Shown one piece after another: positions 29,452 through 41,078 of a DNA stretch of 62,061 nt (within the stretch, counting starts at the first letter, position 1; each line of letters starts with the position of its first letter). The DNA lies in assembly GCA_900088475.1 (NCBI GenBank), contig FLMG01000883.1, positions 1-62,061 of the forward strand, read 5' to 3'. Below the pieces are notes generated by a model. That model saw nothing but the letters and a program-made list of their open reading frames with translations. It ran no database searches and was not told where the DNA came from. The position numbers were made by a program, and so were the translations under genes. The DNA comes from Hyphochytrium catenoides. Taxonomy: Eukaryota; Protista; Hyphochytriomycota.

Positions 29452-30832
29452 TCCTCTCTAAGCTGATATTGACAGGATGATGTCCTGAGGACTGAGGACC
29501 ATGTGCTCAAGCGGTCAAGGGAGCTTGTTGGCAAGTGTCCATTCTCTGCTGGAAACTCTTATTCGTCTCCCCTCTTTCTACGAAAAATCTCTCTCTCTCT
29601 CTTTCTCTCTCTCTCTTTCTCTCTTTCTCTTCGTTCTTCTCTCTCCTCTCTCTCTAGTAGCTGATAGAACTATTGACATGACGACCTGCTGAGGGTTATC
29701 CGTTACCGCGGTGAGGGGAGCTCATTGGCAAGCGTCCTTACTTTCCCTCCTTCTTCTTAATGATCTTGACATAAGTAAAAAAGGGAAAGCAAGCAAGCGA
29801 ACTATCTTTCGTAGGCAGGCAGCTGGAAAGGACTAAAAAGAGAGCGCGAGAGCGAGAGAGAGAGCGCGAGAGCGAGAGAAAGAGAGCGAGAGAGCGAGAG
29901 AGAGAGAGAGGCAGAAAGAGAGAAAGAGGGAACAATGAGAGAGAGGGAGAGAGAGAGAGAAGAAGGGCAAGATAAAGGCACCAAGAGGCAATATGCACGA
30001 TGACGATATGAAGGAGCAGAGAAGAGAGACGAGATAGAGGGAAAGAATTTACAGGATGAGGAGATAGTGGGCGCGGGAGAGAACTTGAAATAAAGAACAA
30101 AGAAGAGTAAGAGAGAGAGAGAAAGAGGGAAAGAGAGAGAGAAGAAAGAGAGAGAGAGATTTTATTGCTGTAGTTTCTATGTCTCCGATCTCTTTTCTCT
30201 CGTTGTCTCTCAAGTTCATTTCTTTCTCTCCTGCCAAAACTTCTCTTCTCTCTAACCTCTCTCTTTCTCTCCCTCTCCTGTGTCTTATCCCCTATCTTTC
30301 CTCTGTTTTCCCTTCTCTTTCTGTTTTCATCTCTGTCACTCTGTCTCTATAATAGCCTGTAACTCTTTTTAGATGAAAATGACTTCTTATTTCTTCATCT
30401 ATAAAACAATTTATTATAGAAGTTGAGCCACAATTAAAAAAACTAATTTTCTTCATAATATAGGCCACACCAACTGCAAAAATATTTAATAGCTATAAAA
30501 AAGAGTGTAAAAAAGTTTCCTTTTCATGTTTTCAATACAGGGACGATCATAAGGAAAGAGTGTTTCTTAGTTGACTTTTATAGGAAATGCAAAGGTTATA
30601 AAAAAGATGTAACAGAAAAGGTCGACTTGGTATTTCTGGCTTTCATTCTGGCTCTTTCCTACCTAAATGAAGGTTACAACTACGCTGCAGATACTTTTCT
30701 TTTCCCGTAATATCCGTGTATATATTAGGGTATTGAATGTTTCACGGTAAAATATGAAGTATTTGGTGGTGACGTATCTTTGTTGAGACCTTTGGCCAAA
30801 GTCCAAAGTGGAATGGAGAGTCACACAAGAAA

Positions 30833-30867
<35 letters not shown>

Positions 30868-31178
30868 AAGAGAAAGAGAGGGTGAGCAAGAGAGAGAGAG
30901 AGAGAAGCTGAGAGAGAGCAAGAGAGAGAGGAGAAATAGGACAAAGGAAGTGGAAGTTGCGGTGGACAGACAGCAAGAGAGAGAGAGCTCGCCGCCAGAG
31001 AGAGAGAGAGAGAGCAGATAGAGAGAGCGAGCGAGGGAGAGAGAGAGCGTGAGGGAGGGACAGAGCAAGAGAGAGCGAGAGAGAAGACAGAGAGAGTCAG
31101 AGAGAGGGAGAGAGGAGAGAGAGAAAGACAAAGAGAACGAGCGGGAGAGCAAGAGCGAGCGAGAAAGAAGAGAGAGGC

Positions 31179-31233
<55 letters not shown>

Positions 31234-31504
31234 ATTGATCTTCCACATGTCAATACTCCTGCAGTTTATTTTACAAAGAGAAGAGAGAGCATGTGGTTGG
31301 GGTATGACAGCAGCAAACACCAGCGATGAGACAGTAAAAAGGAGAGAAAAGCCGCGAGGAAAGGAGGGAGAAGAGAGAGAAGGATGGTGCGCTGCTGGTG
31401 GCGGTCGAAGGGGAGACAGAGCGAAAGAGCCAGAAAAGAGAAGATAAAGACTGCCAGACGCAGACCGCCAGTAGTGGGAGAAGAGGGCTTTGTGAGGAGA
31501 AGAA

Positions 31505-31565
<61 letters not shown>

Positions 31566-31960
31566 AAGAGAGAGAGAAAGAAGGAAAGAGGAGGAGACTG
31601 AGTGTGGGATAGAGTGAGAGGCATCGAGACACCGAACCCTTTTTCGCTGCAGAGGAAAGAAAAGAGAAGAGAAAGAGAGACAGAGAGAGAGAGTGTGGGA
31701 CTCTTTAGAAACTAGAGAGAGAAACGCCATCTGCTCATTATTTGCTCACTTTCCTTTGTCTCAACATCGCAGCTCTACCCAGCAGCTTGGCCGCCCAGCT
31801 GGCATCTTCTTCCTCCTCCTCTATCCACGAACAAAAAAAGCGAGAGAGAAGAGAGAAGCAGTTCCTCAGACACAATAGAAAAAGAACAGAGAGAGAGAAA
31901 GACAGCGGCAGAAAGGAGAGCGAAAAGACACTCTTCAGGTCTTTTTCTTCTCAGAACAGG

Positions 31961-33145
31961 ATGGAGAAGACCATCCCCTCTCCCTCTCTCTTCTTCAAGA
32001 AGAGTTCTCCTTTCTTCCTCTTTTCTATCTTCCTTAGTCTCTCTCTTCTTGTCAGGTTATCCTCTTCTCTCCCATCATCTTTCTCTTCTGCGAGAGAAGC
32101 TTCGATCATCGCAGAAGGCGAGAGGGAGAAGGCACGTCTCTTTTTCTCTCCGGAAGAGAGAGAACTCTCAGAGCCAAGAGAAGAGAGAAAAGAAAGATCC
32201 ACCACTCTCTTCTCTTTAGGAAATCGTCCAGACGGAGGAAACGACATAGAGGAAGAACGAGAAAGACATCCACTGGGTGAGAGAGAGAGAGAAGGAGAAG
32301 AGACGAAGAGAGAAGAGACGAGAGAAAGAAGAGAGACAACAGGAAGAAGAGAGAGACGTCTTCCGGTCTCTGACGCGGCAGAATGCAAAAAATTTGGAGC
32401 TTCCCAGGATGTCAACGGACTGATCGCCTGCTGCAATGAGTTCGGAGGGGGCGACTTCGTGTCTGGGGCGAGGTGCTGCTCCCTCGCCGCGGACCCGTTT
32501 TCTAGCTCGAATCTTTTCGATAAGTGCCGCACCGGTGTTAGGGAGAGTGACGCTCCCCCCGCGTTTCCTCCGTCTCCTCCCTCTTCTTTTCCTACGTTTC
32601 CCCCTGGCTTTGGTCCACCTTCTTCCTTTCCTTCTTCTTCTCCCACTCCTCGTCTCTCCGATAAAGAGGAGCCAAAGCCAAGCCCTTCGTCTCCTTCCTC
32701 TTCCTCTCCCTCAGCTTCTCTCTCTCCCTCTCCTTCTCTCTCTCCTTCTCTCTCTCCTTCTCTCTCTCCTTCTCTCTCTCCTTCCTCTTCCCGCTCTCCC
32801 ACCACATCCACCGGAGGGAGAGAGGAGACGGAAGAGGGAAAAGAGACTGACAACAAAGGAGGAAAAGACGGCGAAGAAAGGACGTTCCGTCCTCCGTCTT
32901 CAAAGGATGGTCAAGATGTTGTCACGGGTGATGACGCCTCTCTCCCTTCTACCGGCAAAGACAACTCTCTCTCTTCTTCTGATGATGATGCGTCCTCGTC
33001 AGGGTTCCCGGTGGTGGCGCTGCTGCATCTTTTGCTCTCTTTCTCTATCCTGCTGGGCAGTGTGGCCGTCAGCCTCTCGCATGTCGCCGCTGTCTCGAAC
33101 AAACCAAGAGAGAGTGTACTCTTAAAGGCTACACAGAGATGTTGA
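31961..33145 (+). CDS. Secreted/surface protein with a small 6-Cys domain, Ser/Pro stalk and C-terminal hydrophobic (TM or GPI-like) segment
   Basis: Hydrophobic N-terminal signal, charged pro-region ending RRERRL, C-x14-CC-x13-CC-x15-C domain, (SPSL)n stalk, VVALLHLLLSFSILLGSVAV. Confidence 0.65.
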   Translation: MEKTIPSPSLFFKKSSPFFLFSIFLSLSLLVRLSSSLPSSFSSAREASIIAEGEREKARLFFSPEERELSEPREERKERSTTLFSLGNRPDGGNDIEEERERHPLGEREREGEETKREETRERRETTGRRERRLPVSDAAECKKFGASQDVNGLIACCNEFGGGDFVSGARCCSLAADPFSSSNLFDKCRTGVRESDAPPAFPPSPPSSFPTFPPGFGPPSSFPSSSPTPRLSDKEEPKPSPSSPSSSSPSASLSPSPSLSPSLSPSLSPSLSPSSSRSPTTSTGGREETEEGKETDNKGGKDGEERTFRPPSSKDGQDVVTGDDASLPSTGKDNSLSSSDDDASSSGFPVVALLHLLLSFSILLGSVAVSLSHVAAVSNKPRESVLLKATQRC

Positions 33146-33180
33146 GGCTAGAATGGAGAGAGGAAGAGCCAGATAGATAG

Positions 33181-33217
<37 letters not shown>

Positions 33218-33536
33218 CAACTACTGCTAGACAGAAAGGTATTGTTCTCACTATTTTAAGAAAGAAAAGTCTGTTAACGCGCCTCAGCAGGAATGTCCTC
33301 CCTCTTATCAGGCAACATTCTCCTATTTCCCCGCTCTCTCTCTCCTTGTGTCTCTTCTTTGGTAGCTCTCTCTGTGTCTCTCTGTCCGTCTCTCTCTCTC
33401 TCTTACTTTCTCTCTCTGGCGGTCCTGTGGCTGCCTTTTACTGCTGGACATTGTGATGGAGAGTGCCACGCTTCATTCTACACTTTCTTTCTTACTCTCT
33501 GTTTGCGGCCTCACGTCAGTCAGTTAGATGATCCTT

Positions 33537-33579
<43 letters not shown>

Positions 33580-33784
33580 GTCCTCTCTCTGTCTCCCAAT
33601 TTTGGGCATGAGTCTCTCCACCTGAATTGTTCCTTTGTGAAGTTCAATGACTCACACTCTTTTCTCCTCTTTCTTCCTAACATATCCTCCTTACTTTTAT
33701 TGCTGAGAGACTCTGTCTTCCCTGTTGATGATGATTCATCGGTTGCCTGATGGAGAATAAAATTGAAGACAAACCCTGTCAAGG

Positions 33785-34350
33785 ACTTGAGAAGCTGCGC
33801 TACTCTCCCTCACTCTCCCGTTCCTCTGTGTGGAGAAGAAGAAACTCTTCGTAACCTCTTTCCTCTGAAGCAACCTCTCTCTCTCTCTCTCTTTTTCTCT
33901 CTCTCTCTCTTTCTTTCTCTTATTATACCGACTTCAGAAGCTGCGCTGCTACTCTCCCTCATTCTCCCGTTCCTCTATGTGGAGAAGAAGAGACTCTTCG
34001 TAACCTCTTTCCTCTGAAGCAACCTCTCTCTCTCTCTCTCTCTCTCTCTTTTTCTCTCTCTCTCTCTTTCTTTCTCTTATAACGACTTCAGAAGCTGCGC
34101 TGCTACTCTCCCTCATTCTCCCGTTCCTCTATGTGGAGAAGAAGAAACTCTTCGTAACCTCTTTCCTCTGAAGCAACCTCTCTCTCTCTCTCTCTCTCTT
34201 TTTCTCTCTCCTTCTCTCTTTCTCTCTCTCTCTTTCTTTCTCTTATACCGACTTGAGAAGCTGCGCTACTCTCCCTCACTCTCCGTTCCTCTGTGTGGAG
34301 AAGAAGAAACTCTTCGTAACCTCTCTCTCTCTCTTCTTTCTTTCTTTTAT
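33785..34350. repeat. Four-copy ~150-bp tandem repeat with embedded variable (CT)n
   Basis: ACTT(G/C)AGAAGCTGCGCT...GAAACTCTTCGTAACCTC units start at ~33785, 33931, 34085 and 34251. Confidence 0.9.
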
Positions 34351-34465
34351 AAGGAAGAGGAAGGGACATTCCCCGTCTCCTCGACCGTGAAAGAAGTCAA
34401 CCCCTATACAGATTGCAATCTCTCTATTCATTAGCTTTTGTTGCTGAGTAGATAAGAGAGAGAGA

Positions 34466-36028
34466 CTAAGAGGAATAGAGCTCGAAGATCTCTAAGGAGA
34501 GAACCAACTTTGGCACTCTCTCGATCCAGCGTCCTATCTCCCTGCTTCCCTTGCTCCTCACGACCATATACTCATCCACATCCTCAAGCACTGACCACTT
34601 CAAACCTCTGACATTATCGATGGCACTCAGCGCCTCACAGAGCTCCGTCAGCACTTCCAGCTTCGCTTGAAAAATCTTCTTTCTTCCCCACCAGCGCGCC
34701 ATCGTGTACATATAAAGCACCAGCGTGACCATCGTCCCAATGAAGAAAAGGATGAGGAAAGGCACCATGACCGGGACCGCCCCCAGAAAGAGAAGAACCA
34801 TCGTGAGGAGCCAGAGAGAGACGCCAACCAGCTCAGGGAGGAGGAGATACTTCTTCTTCACTGAAAATGACGCGTCGGCACTGTTGAGATCTTCGATACG
34901 CGCTTCAAATGACTCTTGACTCAAGATACCTTCCAGCTCGAGCGGATAGTCGGCCTTGAAAGGGCAGCAGAGCATCGGCGCCATCGTGAGAAAAAGGGAA
35001 GAAGAGGAAGAACAGCAGGAAGAAGAAGCGTCTCTCTCTTTCTCAAATCGCAGCCTGGCGATGACTCGTTTTCTTCTTCTCTCCTGCTGTCCTCCGCCGC
35101 CTCTATTTTCTCCGTCACGATTGTAAGGAAGATGCACGAGGACGGCACGCATTCTTTCCTCGGTGGAGCTTCTTCGCCCGCCTCCTCCTCCCGCTTCTCT
35201 TCCTCTTCGATCAAAGTGGTGGCCTTCTCGATTGTCTCTCTCTCTTTCTTCTCGTCTTTCTCTTCCCATTTCTGGGCCTTCTCCGCGGTGCCACCTCTGT
35301 TCTTCTACGTCTTCTTGACTCAGGAGAGACGTAGAAATGATGTTGGTCCCTAAGTGTCTATCAGGAGAGAGAGAGAGAGAGGCAGAAGAGCGGATAGCCG
35401 TGGCCACAGCGATAGGAAGAGCATGAACGGAAGGTGGCAAAGCTCCGTTTCTCTCTCTTCTTCTCCTCTCTTCCTCCTGCTCCGCTGCTGCTGCTCGCTG
35501 TCTCTCTCTCATCGCCGCTTCTCCTGCTGCTCTTTCCTCTTCTCTTCGTCTCTCTTCTTCTTCGTCTTCGTAGTAATGTGGGATAACCCCAACGGGAGGA
35601 GTGCCAAGAATTTGCTGGTAGAAGCGAGAGGGAGGAGCTTCTCTCTCTCCTCTCTCCCTGTTATCGTCATTGCCATAGCAGGCAGGAGGAGTTTCTATCG
35701 TGGGCGCAGAGGAAGGAGGTAAGGGAGGGAGAGAAGATAGGCCCACGGCGCTGCCTCTGATGTTTCTCCTTCTCTCTCTCTCTTCTTTTCCCTTTAATCC
35801 TCCAGAGACTGGCAAGTGTCTTCTCCAGGAAGACACAGAAGAGGGAAAGGAGGGGCTTTGCCGTGGATGGTCCTCTTTTCTCTCTTCGATGTGTGTGTCT
35901 CTCTCTCTTCCAGGCAAGAGAGGAGAAGAAGGAGAGCGATTCGAGGGAGACGCGCTAGACGCAGAGAAAGGGTTGCGCCCACGTGGTTCTCCTCCTCCTC
36001 TTCTTCCCTGGCCGTTCGCGTGATCCAT
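34466..36028 (-). CDS. Membrane protein with a C-terminal Erf4/golgin-A7-like domain and 2 TM helices
   Basis: YPLELEGILSQESFEARIEDLN motif followed by a hydrophobic hairpin and ...NVRGLKWSV; long disordered N-terminus. Confidence 0.65.
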   Translation of the reverse strand: MDHANGQGRRGGGEPRGRNPFSASSASPSNRSPSSPLLPGRERDTHIEERKEDHPRQSPSFPSSVSSWRRHLPVSGGLKGKEERERRRNIRGSAVGLSSLPPLPPSSAPTIETPPACYGNDDNRERGEREAPPSRFYQQILGTPPVGVIPHYYEDEEEERRREEERAAGEAAMRERQRAAAAEQEEERRRRERNGALPPSVHALPIAVATAIRSSASLSLSPDRHLGTNIISTSLLSQEDVEEQRWHRGEGPEMGRERREERERDNREGHHFDRRGREAGGGGGRRSSTEERMRAVLVHLPYNRDGENRGGGGQQERRRKRVIARLRFEKERDASSSCCSSSSSLFLTMAPMLCCPFKADYPLELEGILSQESFEARIEDLNSADASFSVKKKYLLLPELVGVSLWLLTMVLLFLGAVPVMVPFLILFFIGTMVTLVLYMYTMARWWGRKKIFQAKLEVLTELCEALSAIDNVRGLKWSVLEDVDEYMVVRSKGSREIGRWIERVPKLVLSLEIFELYSS

Positions 36029-36599
36029 TGCAATAGTTTATCAAGCTTCAAGGAAAGAAGTGAAGAAAGTCTGAAAAGAGTGAGAAGAAGAGAGAGAGAA
36101 CGAGAGACAAGAGAGGTCGAGGAAAGCTCTTTCTGCTCCGCTCTTATGCGGCTGCTGCTTCTCTCCGCGCTGAGAAGAGCTTCTGGCCCTGTCTTTTCTT
36201 GGTCTGATTGAGGGACACAGCGACACAGCACAGGGTCGACCAGGCAACGGGAGGATCTGAGGGAGAAAGGGAAGAGAAAGAGGAGGGACGAGGGGGAGAG
36301 AGAAGAAAGAATCGAGAGAGAGAGAGAGAGGGATAAACATTCTTGAGAACACGCCGTGCATCTAAACTTTGAAGTCCTGTCTTTCTCTCCGCTGATCTTT
36401 GCTCCAATCGTGCGATGCTTGTCATCCTGCTCATCCTCTAGCTGGAGAGAGAGACTCTGTGCTGCCTTCCGGCTCTCTTTCTCTCTCCCTTGCTTTCTCG
36501 CTCATTGACTTTAGTCCCATTTTGGCCATAGGGCTAGGTTGTTTGATTGTGGCAATAGCCTGGCTGGCTGGCACAGAGAGAAATCTCTGTGTGTGTGTG

Positions 36600-36630
<31 letters not shown>

Positions 36631-38068
36631 CCAGCCATCAGACAGAGACTGAACGATTGGATGATGCCAAGGGAAGAGAGAAGGAAAAGAGTGCGAAGGG
36701 GGGGAAGGGAAGAGAGAGCTAGCTGTGAAAAGAGAGAGAAAGAGAAGAAAGAGAATGGAAGAGAGAGAGAGAGAGAAAAGAGAGAGAGAGAGCGAGAGAG
36801 AGAGCGAGAAAAAAGAGAGAGAGAGGTGCAGCATGAAATGTCCCCCCTGCTGTCCATCAGTTTCTGACTCTTCCTCCAATAACCCAATAATTTATAAATG
36901 TATGTCCTCTTTTCATTCATTTATTGAGGATTTATTGCATGTGAGCATATTTATATCAGTCACTCTTTTTTCTATACTCGGAATGGGGTGTAACTCGTTT
37001 TTATAAAATGCCATAGTGCTTTTATCATAAAAAAGATAGAGCTTTATGGGTTTTTTTGCCATTTTCTGAATACAGTAAGATGATCCGAATAAACAAAAGC
37101 ATCAAAAGTCTACCATTTCCCCATAAAAAGGCAATTACAGAAATACTGTTGACGAGTGGGAAGATATTATCAAAACGCTGGGCTTTATTGCGGATCCTAT
37201 AGAAGCACCTGACTTGCCTTTTGTTATAAAGAAGGCTCTGCACAAACGGCAACTAGAACTACTGGTGGGGACGGACAATGACAGCTCTTCTTTTTTATAC
37301 TCCGTATGTTTTAACGTAGGCTCCTGGTGAGGCTGCTGTAAGGCTGCAGTTTGTCCCACTAGTTCGGGAGTCGTGGTGGAGCTATGCAAGGCGCCGTTAA
37401 TGGTGTGGGACATCTGGTGAAGCTTCATCAGCAGTGTGGCCGCTCTGCTCTTGATACGCCTGCCTCGGCATCATCTTGGTCAATGGTCCAGTTTTTTGTT
37501 GGCCAGCCATCATGGCTTTTTTATGATTACGCCTTCACGGCAATCTCTCTGGCGATTCATGAAGAAGATGCGCTTCAAAATCCCCTTGAGCAGCTGGTCC
37601 TCCGCTCGCTTACCTCGCGGCGGTCGAGCTTGGTGATGATGACATTGTGGTGGTTGTTGGTTCACCTCCTCCTCCTCCTCCTTCCCTTATTACTATTATT
37701 GTTGAGGGGATCACTATGGTTTTTCCTTTACTGATGGATGAACGTGGAGCAGATTGAGCTGAAGCCAAGACCAAGGCTTTGTAGCTTTTCTTGTCTCTTC
37801 GTCTATTTCCTATTCATCTTCTCCTCCTTCTTCTCCTCCTTCTTCTTCCTCTTCTTTTTCTTGGGATGGTATTTGTACTTGTGGCAGCAGTGATAAAAGG
37901 CCATTAAACATTATAAAAAGAAATAGAGATTTTATAGGCACATCTGGTAACTGATCTGATCTATAATTGCCTTTAGTTATCATTGTTAACGAAAGACAGG
38001 GCGTTAGCGGCTAGATTGGCCGTTACGAGGGTGCTGGGCCAACTTATTTGGGGTCCTAGAGAGAAAGG

Positions 38069-38115
<47 letters not shown>

Positions 38116-38759
38116 AGGCCGGAGAGAGAATGAGGGAAGGTCCCATGCACAGAAGATGGGAGAAGGCGGCTCCGAAAGCGTCGACATGCCGCGTGGAGAA
38201 GAGCAGAAGGGGACGGAATGGAGTCTTGGAGACAGAGCGAGCGAGAGAGAGGGGTCGGGCGAGAAGATGAAAGAGAATGGCACCACGCTGAGTCGTCCTC
38301 CCTCCTCCTTTCGACTTCATCCCCTTCGCAAGCCAGACTGTTAGGCCAAGGAGAGAAGTGCTGTATGAGGGCTGCAACTAACCCTCCTCGTCTCTCTCTG
38401 TCTCTCTCTGTCTCTCTCTGTCTCTCTCTTTCTCTGCCTCTGTCTCTGTCTCTCTCTCTCTTCTCATTGCCCATCCTTCAACTGCGAATTTATACTGCGA
38501 CCTAGTCAAATGTCTCGGCTGCAACAAGGGGAACGGCGCTATTCATAGAGGGATAAGGATTCTTCTTGAAGAGTATGGCCAGAACAGAGCTGTAGAATCT
38601 CTTCACCTCTGAGTTCATGTCTCACTGCGTGCTGCCTGTCATCTATAGGCCTTCCTTCTCAATTGTCGTCCCTCTCTCTCTCTCTCTTCACATTCTATAC
38701 TCCGACGAGAAATGAAGGGTTAACCACCGAAGTGCAATGCCATAGAAGCATATTAAACC

Positions 38760-41078
38760 ATGGGGACAGCAAAGGACAGTGTCTCTCTCTTTCTCTTTCC
38801 CTCTTCCTTCTCATCCTGGTGGTGGAAGGCTTGCAACTCCTCACCCAAAAAAAGTAGAGGGAGAGTGGCTGCGGCTCCTACTGCCTCTCAGACGGATGAC
38901 TCTTCTCCTTCTTCTCCTCTGACCTCTCCATCTTCTCCTTCTCCTCTCGTCTCTTCTGCCTCAGCGGCTTCTCTCCTTCTCAGTCTGTTTGGTGACTTTC
39001 TCCTTCTCCTTATCAGCAGCTTTCTCACGGCCGTGGCCTCTCTCTCTCTATATTTTGCTTTTATCATAAGCTTTCCCTCGCCTGCTTCTGTTCCCTGGTG
39101 TGAGTCGCGCTGCGTCCCTTTCTCTTTCTCTCTGAACTGCTCAGGAGCTTTCCCTGTCTCCTCTACGTGCGGCATCACGTCTACCTTCGGTCACTATCTC
39201 TATATTATGCTTATCCAGCACGCCGTCAGTCACTTCGGCCTTGTTCATAGCTATGGCGCGCTCTATCCCGATCGTTATTTTCGGACGAGGAAACGACTCT
39301 TCATCGTAGTCTCGGCACTGACGGTCTTCTCGGACATCATCTACACGGTGCAGGTCATGATCATCGGGAACATTGGCTTCTTTCCCGGTCAGATCGTGTA
39401 TGTTATGGTCATTCTCTATCTTTTTGCATCTCATGGCGGCAGAATCAGGAATAACTCCAAGGCATATGTCCGCGGCGTGGCCACGCTTCTCTTCCCCAGT
39501 CTGGGCGTCATTCTCTCTCTTAATGTTCTCTTTCCTCTTCTTCTCCATCGCTGGGATGCCTCTCTCCGGCGCTTTCTCGTTGGCTACGTTCTCCCTGGAA
39601 TCCTGTTCCTCTTCTCTCTCGTCACGGAGAAATGTCTCTCTGGCTTGCTTCGGCTGCAGAGACAGAGAGAAGAAGAAAGGAAAAAGAAGAAAGAGAAGAA
39701 TTCGATGGGAGAAGAAGGAGAACCAACAGAAAGAGAAGAAGAAAAAGTAGGAAGGAAGGTTCTTGTTTTTTCTGAGAAGAAACAAAGGGCCGAAGAAGAA
39801 GACGCAGAAGAAGAGAGAAGTGAGAAGAAGAAAACAACTGAGGGAAAGAAAGTGAACCCTCTCTCTCCCTCTCCTTCAATGGACCTCTCTGTGAGTCGTC
39901 AGAGCACTAAGAGAGACCCTGAAATGAAAGAGAGCCATAATTCCCGAAACCCGCACGACTCCAAGGGGAGGAAAGAGCCTAAGAAGCCGTCGTTCATAGC
40001 TGAGACATTTGTCGGAGGAAGAGAGAGAGAGAGAAAGAGTGAAGAAAGAAGAGCAGAGGAGAGAGTGGAAGACTGCAGAAGAGAGGAAGAGACAGAGGGA
40101 GAGAAAGAAGAAGGAGAACTAAGAGTCGACCTTGCTCTCTTTCTGACCTATCACATGTTTCAGTCTGTACAGCTTTGCGCCTCTCTCTCCAATGTGGAGA
40201 CGAACGGGCTCCATCTCGTCTCTCTCTCTACGATGACATCCTGCGTAGGATTGGGAGCCACGATTGCTTGGAAGCTCCTCCGTCTCAAGAGAGAAAGAGA
40301 GAAGACAGTGGCAGAGCAGAAGAAGAAAGAGGAGACTGCTGGTGCTTTGAAGAATACGCTGGCGCAGATGGCTGAGAGAGGACAGAGAGAAAGAGAGGAG
40401 AAGGAGGTCGAAAGAAGAGAACGGTTCTCTGCGGCAAAGAAAGAAGAAAGACAAGGATCCGGAAACGAGAAGGAAGAAAGTCATGGCTGCGCTCTTTTAT
40501 CACCGACAAAAAATCTGGTAGAGACCGAAATCTCTGTTGCAGATTTGAAACTCTATAGGAATCAGCGCCAGATGAAGATCGTAACGGAAGCGCAGGATGG
40601 CGTGGCGCTGTGGCAGAGAATGGCCGTTAATATGATTATGGGAACAGTGACCTGCATGGGCCTGGTGACCGCGGTCATTTTGTGCAGAAATTTTGTCCAC
40701 ACAGGTCTTCTCCGCAGCGAGACGTGCCCTCTCTCTCCCCAGACTTCTTCTTCTTCCTCTTCGTTCTCTCTCTCTTCTCCTTCTTATTCTCCAAACGAGA
40801 AAGAAGACCAATCGGCCCGCTTTCCTTGGGAGTCTGCAGATTCTCTGTGGAGCTCTCTCGACGTCAGGACCGAGTATTTTCTCTATATCTTGGCAGTGGT
40901 GGCGGTTCTCTTACTCTTTATTGGCTGCTTAGAGGTGCTGGGCTTCCGTGTGCTGAGGCTGTGGAAGAAAGGAAGAAGAGAACGAATGAGAGACGCAATG
41001 GTTCTCTCTCTCTATCTTGGGCCGTATATGAGTACTAGTCTTCTCTTTGCGATACTGACAGGACCGCAGTCCTGCTAG
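38760..41078 (+). CDS. Orphan multipass (~11 TM) membrane protein, paralog A
   Basis: 772-aa intronless ORF; collinear with 49648-52698 (WCxSRC, IGNIGF(F/Y)PGQI, GGRIRNN, RVDLALFLTY, LWQRMA, PWxSAxSLWSS). Confidence 0.8.
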   Translation: MGTAKDSVSLFLFPSSFSSWWWKACNSSPKKSRGRVAAAPTASQTDDSSPSSPLTSPSSPSPLVSSASAASLLLSLFGDFLLLLISSFLTAVASLSLYFAFIISFPSPASVPWCESRCVPFSFSLNCSGAFPVSSTCGITSTFGHYLYIMLIQHAVSHFGLVHSYGALYPDRYFRTRKRLFIVVSALTVFSDIIYTVQVMIIGNIGFFPGQIVYVMVILYLFASHGGRIRNNSKAYVRGVATLLFPSLGVILSLNVLFPLLLHRWDASLRRFLVGYVLPGILFLFSLVTEKCLSGLLRLQRQREEERKKKKEKNSMGEEGEPTEREEEKVGRKVLVFSEKKQRAEEEDAEEERSEKKKTTEGKKVNPLSPSPSMDLSVSRQSTKRDPEMKESHNSRNPHDSKGRKEPKKPSFIAETFVGGRERERKSEERRAEERVEDCRREEETEGEKEEGELRVDLALFLTYHMFQSVQLCASLSNVETNGLHLVSLSTMTSCVGLGATIAWKLLRLKREREKTVAEQKKKEETAGALKNTLAQMAERGQREREEKEVERRERFSAAKKEERQGSGNEKEESHGCALLSPTKNLVETEISVADLKLYRNQRQMKIVTEAQDGVALWQRMAVNMIMGTVTCMGLVTAVILCRNFVHTGLLRSETCPLSPQTSSSSSSFSLSSPSYSPNEKEDQSARFPWESADSLWSSLDVRTEYFLYILAVVAVLLLFIGCLEVLGFRVLRLWKKGRRERMRDAMVLSLYLGPYMSTSLLFAILTGPQSC

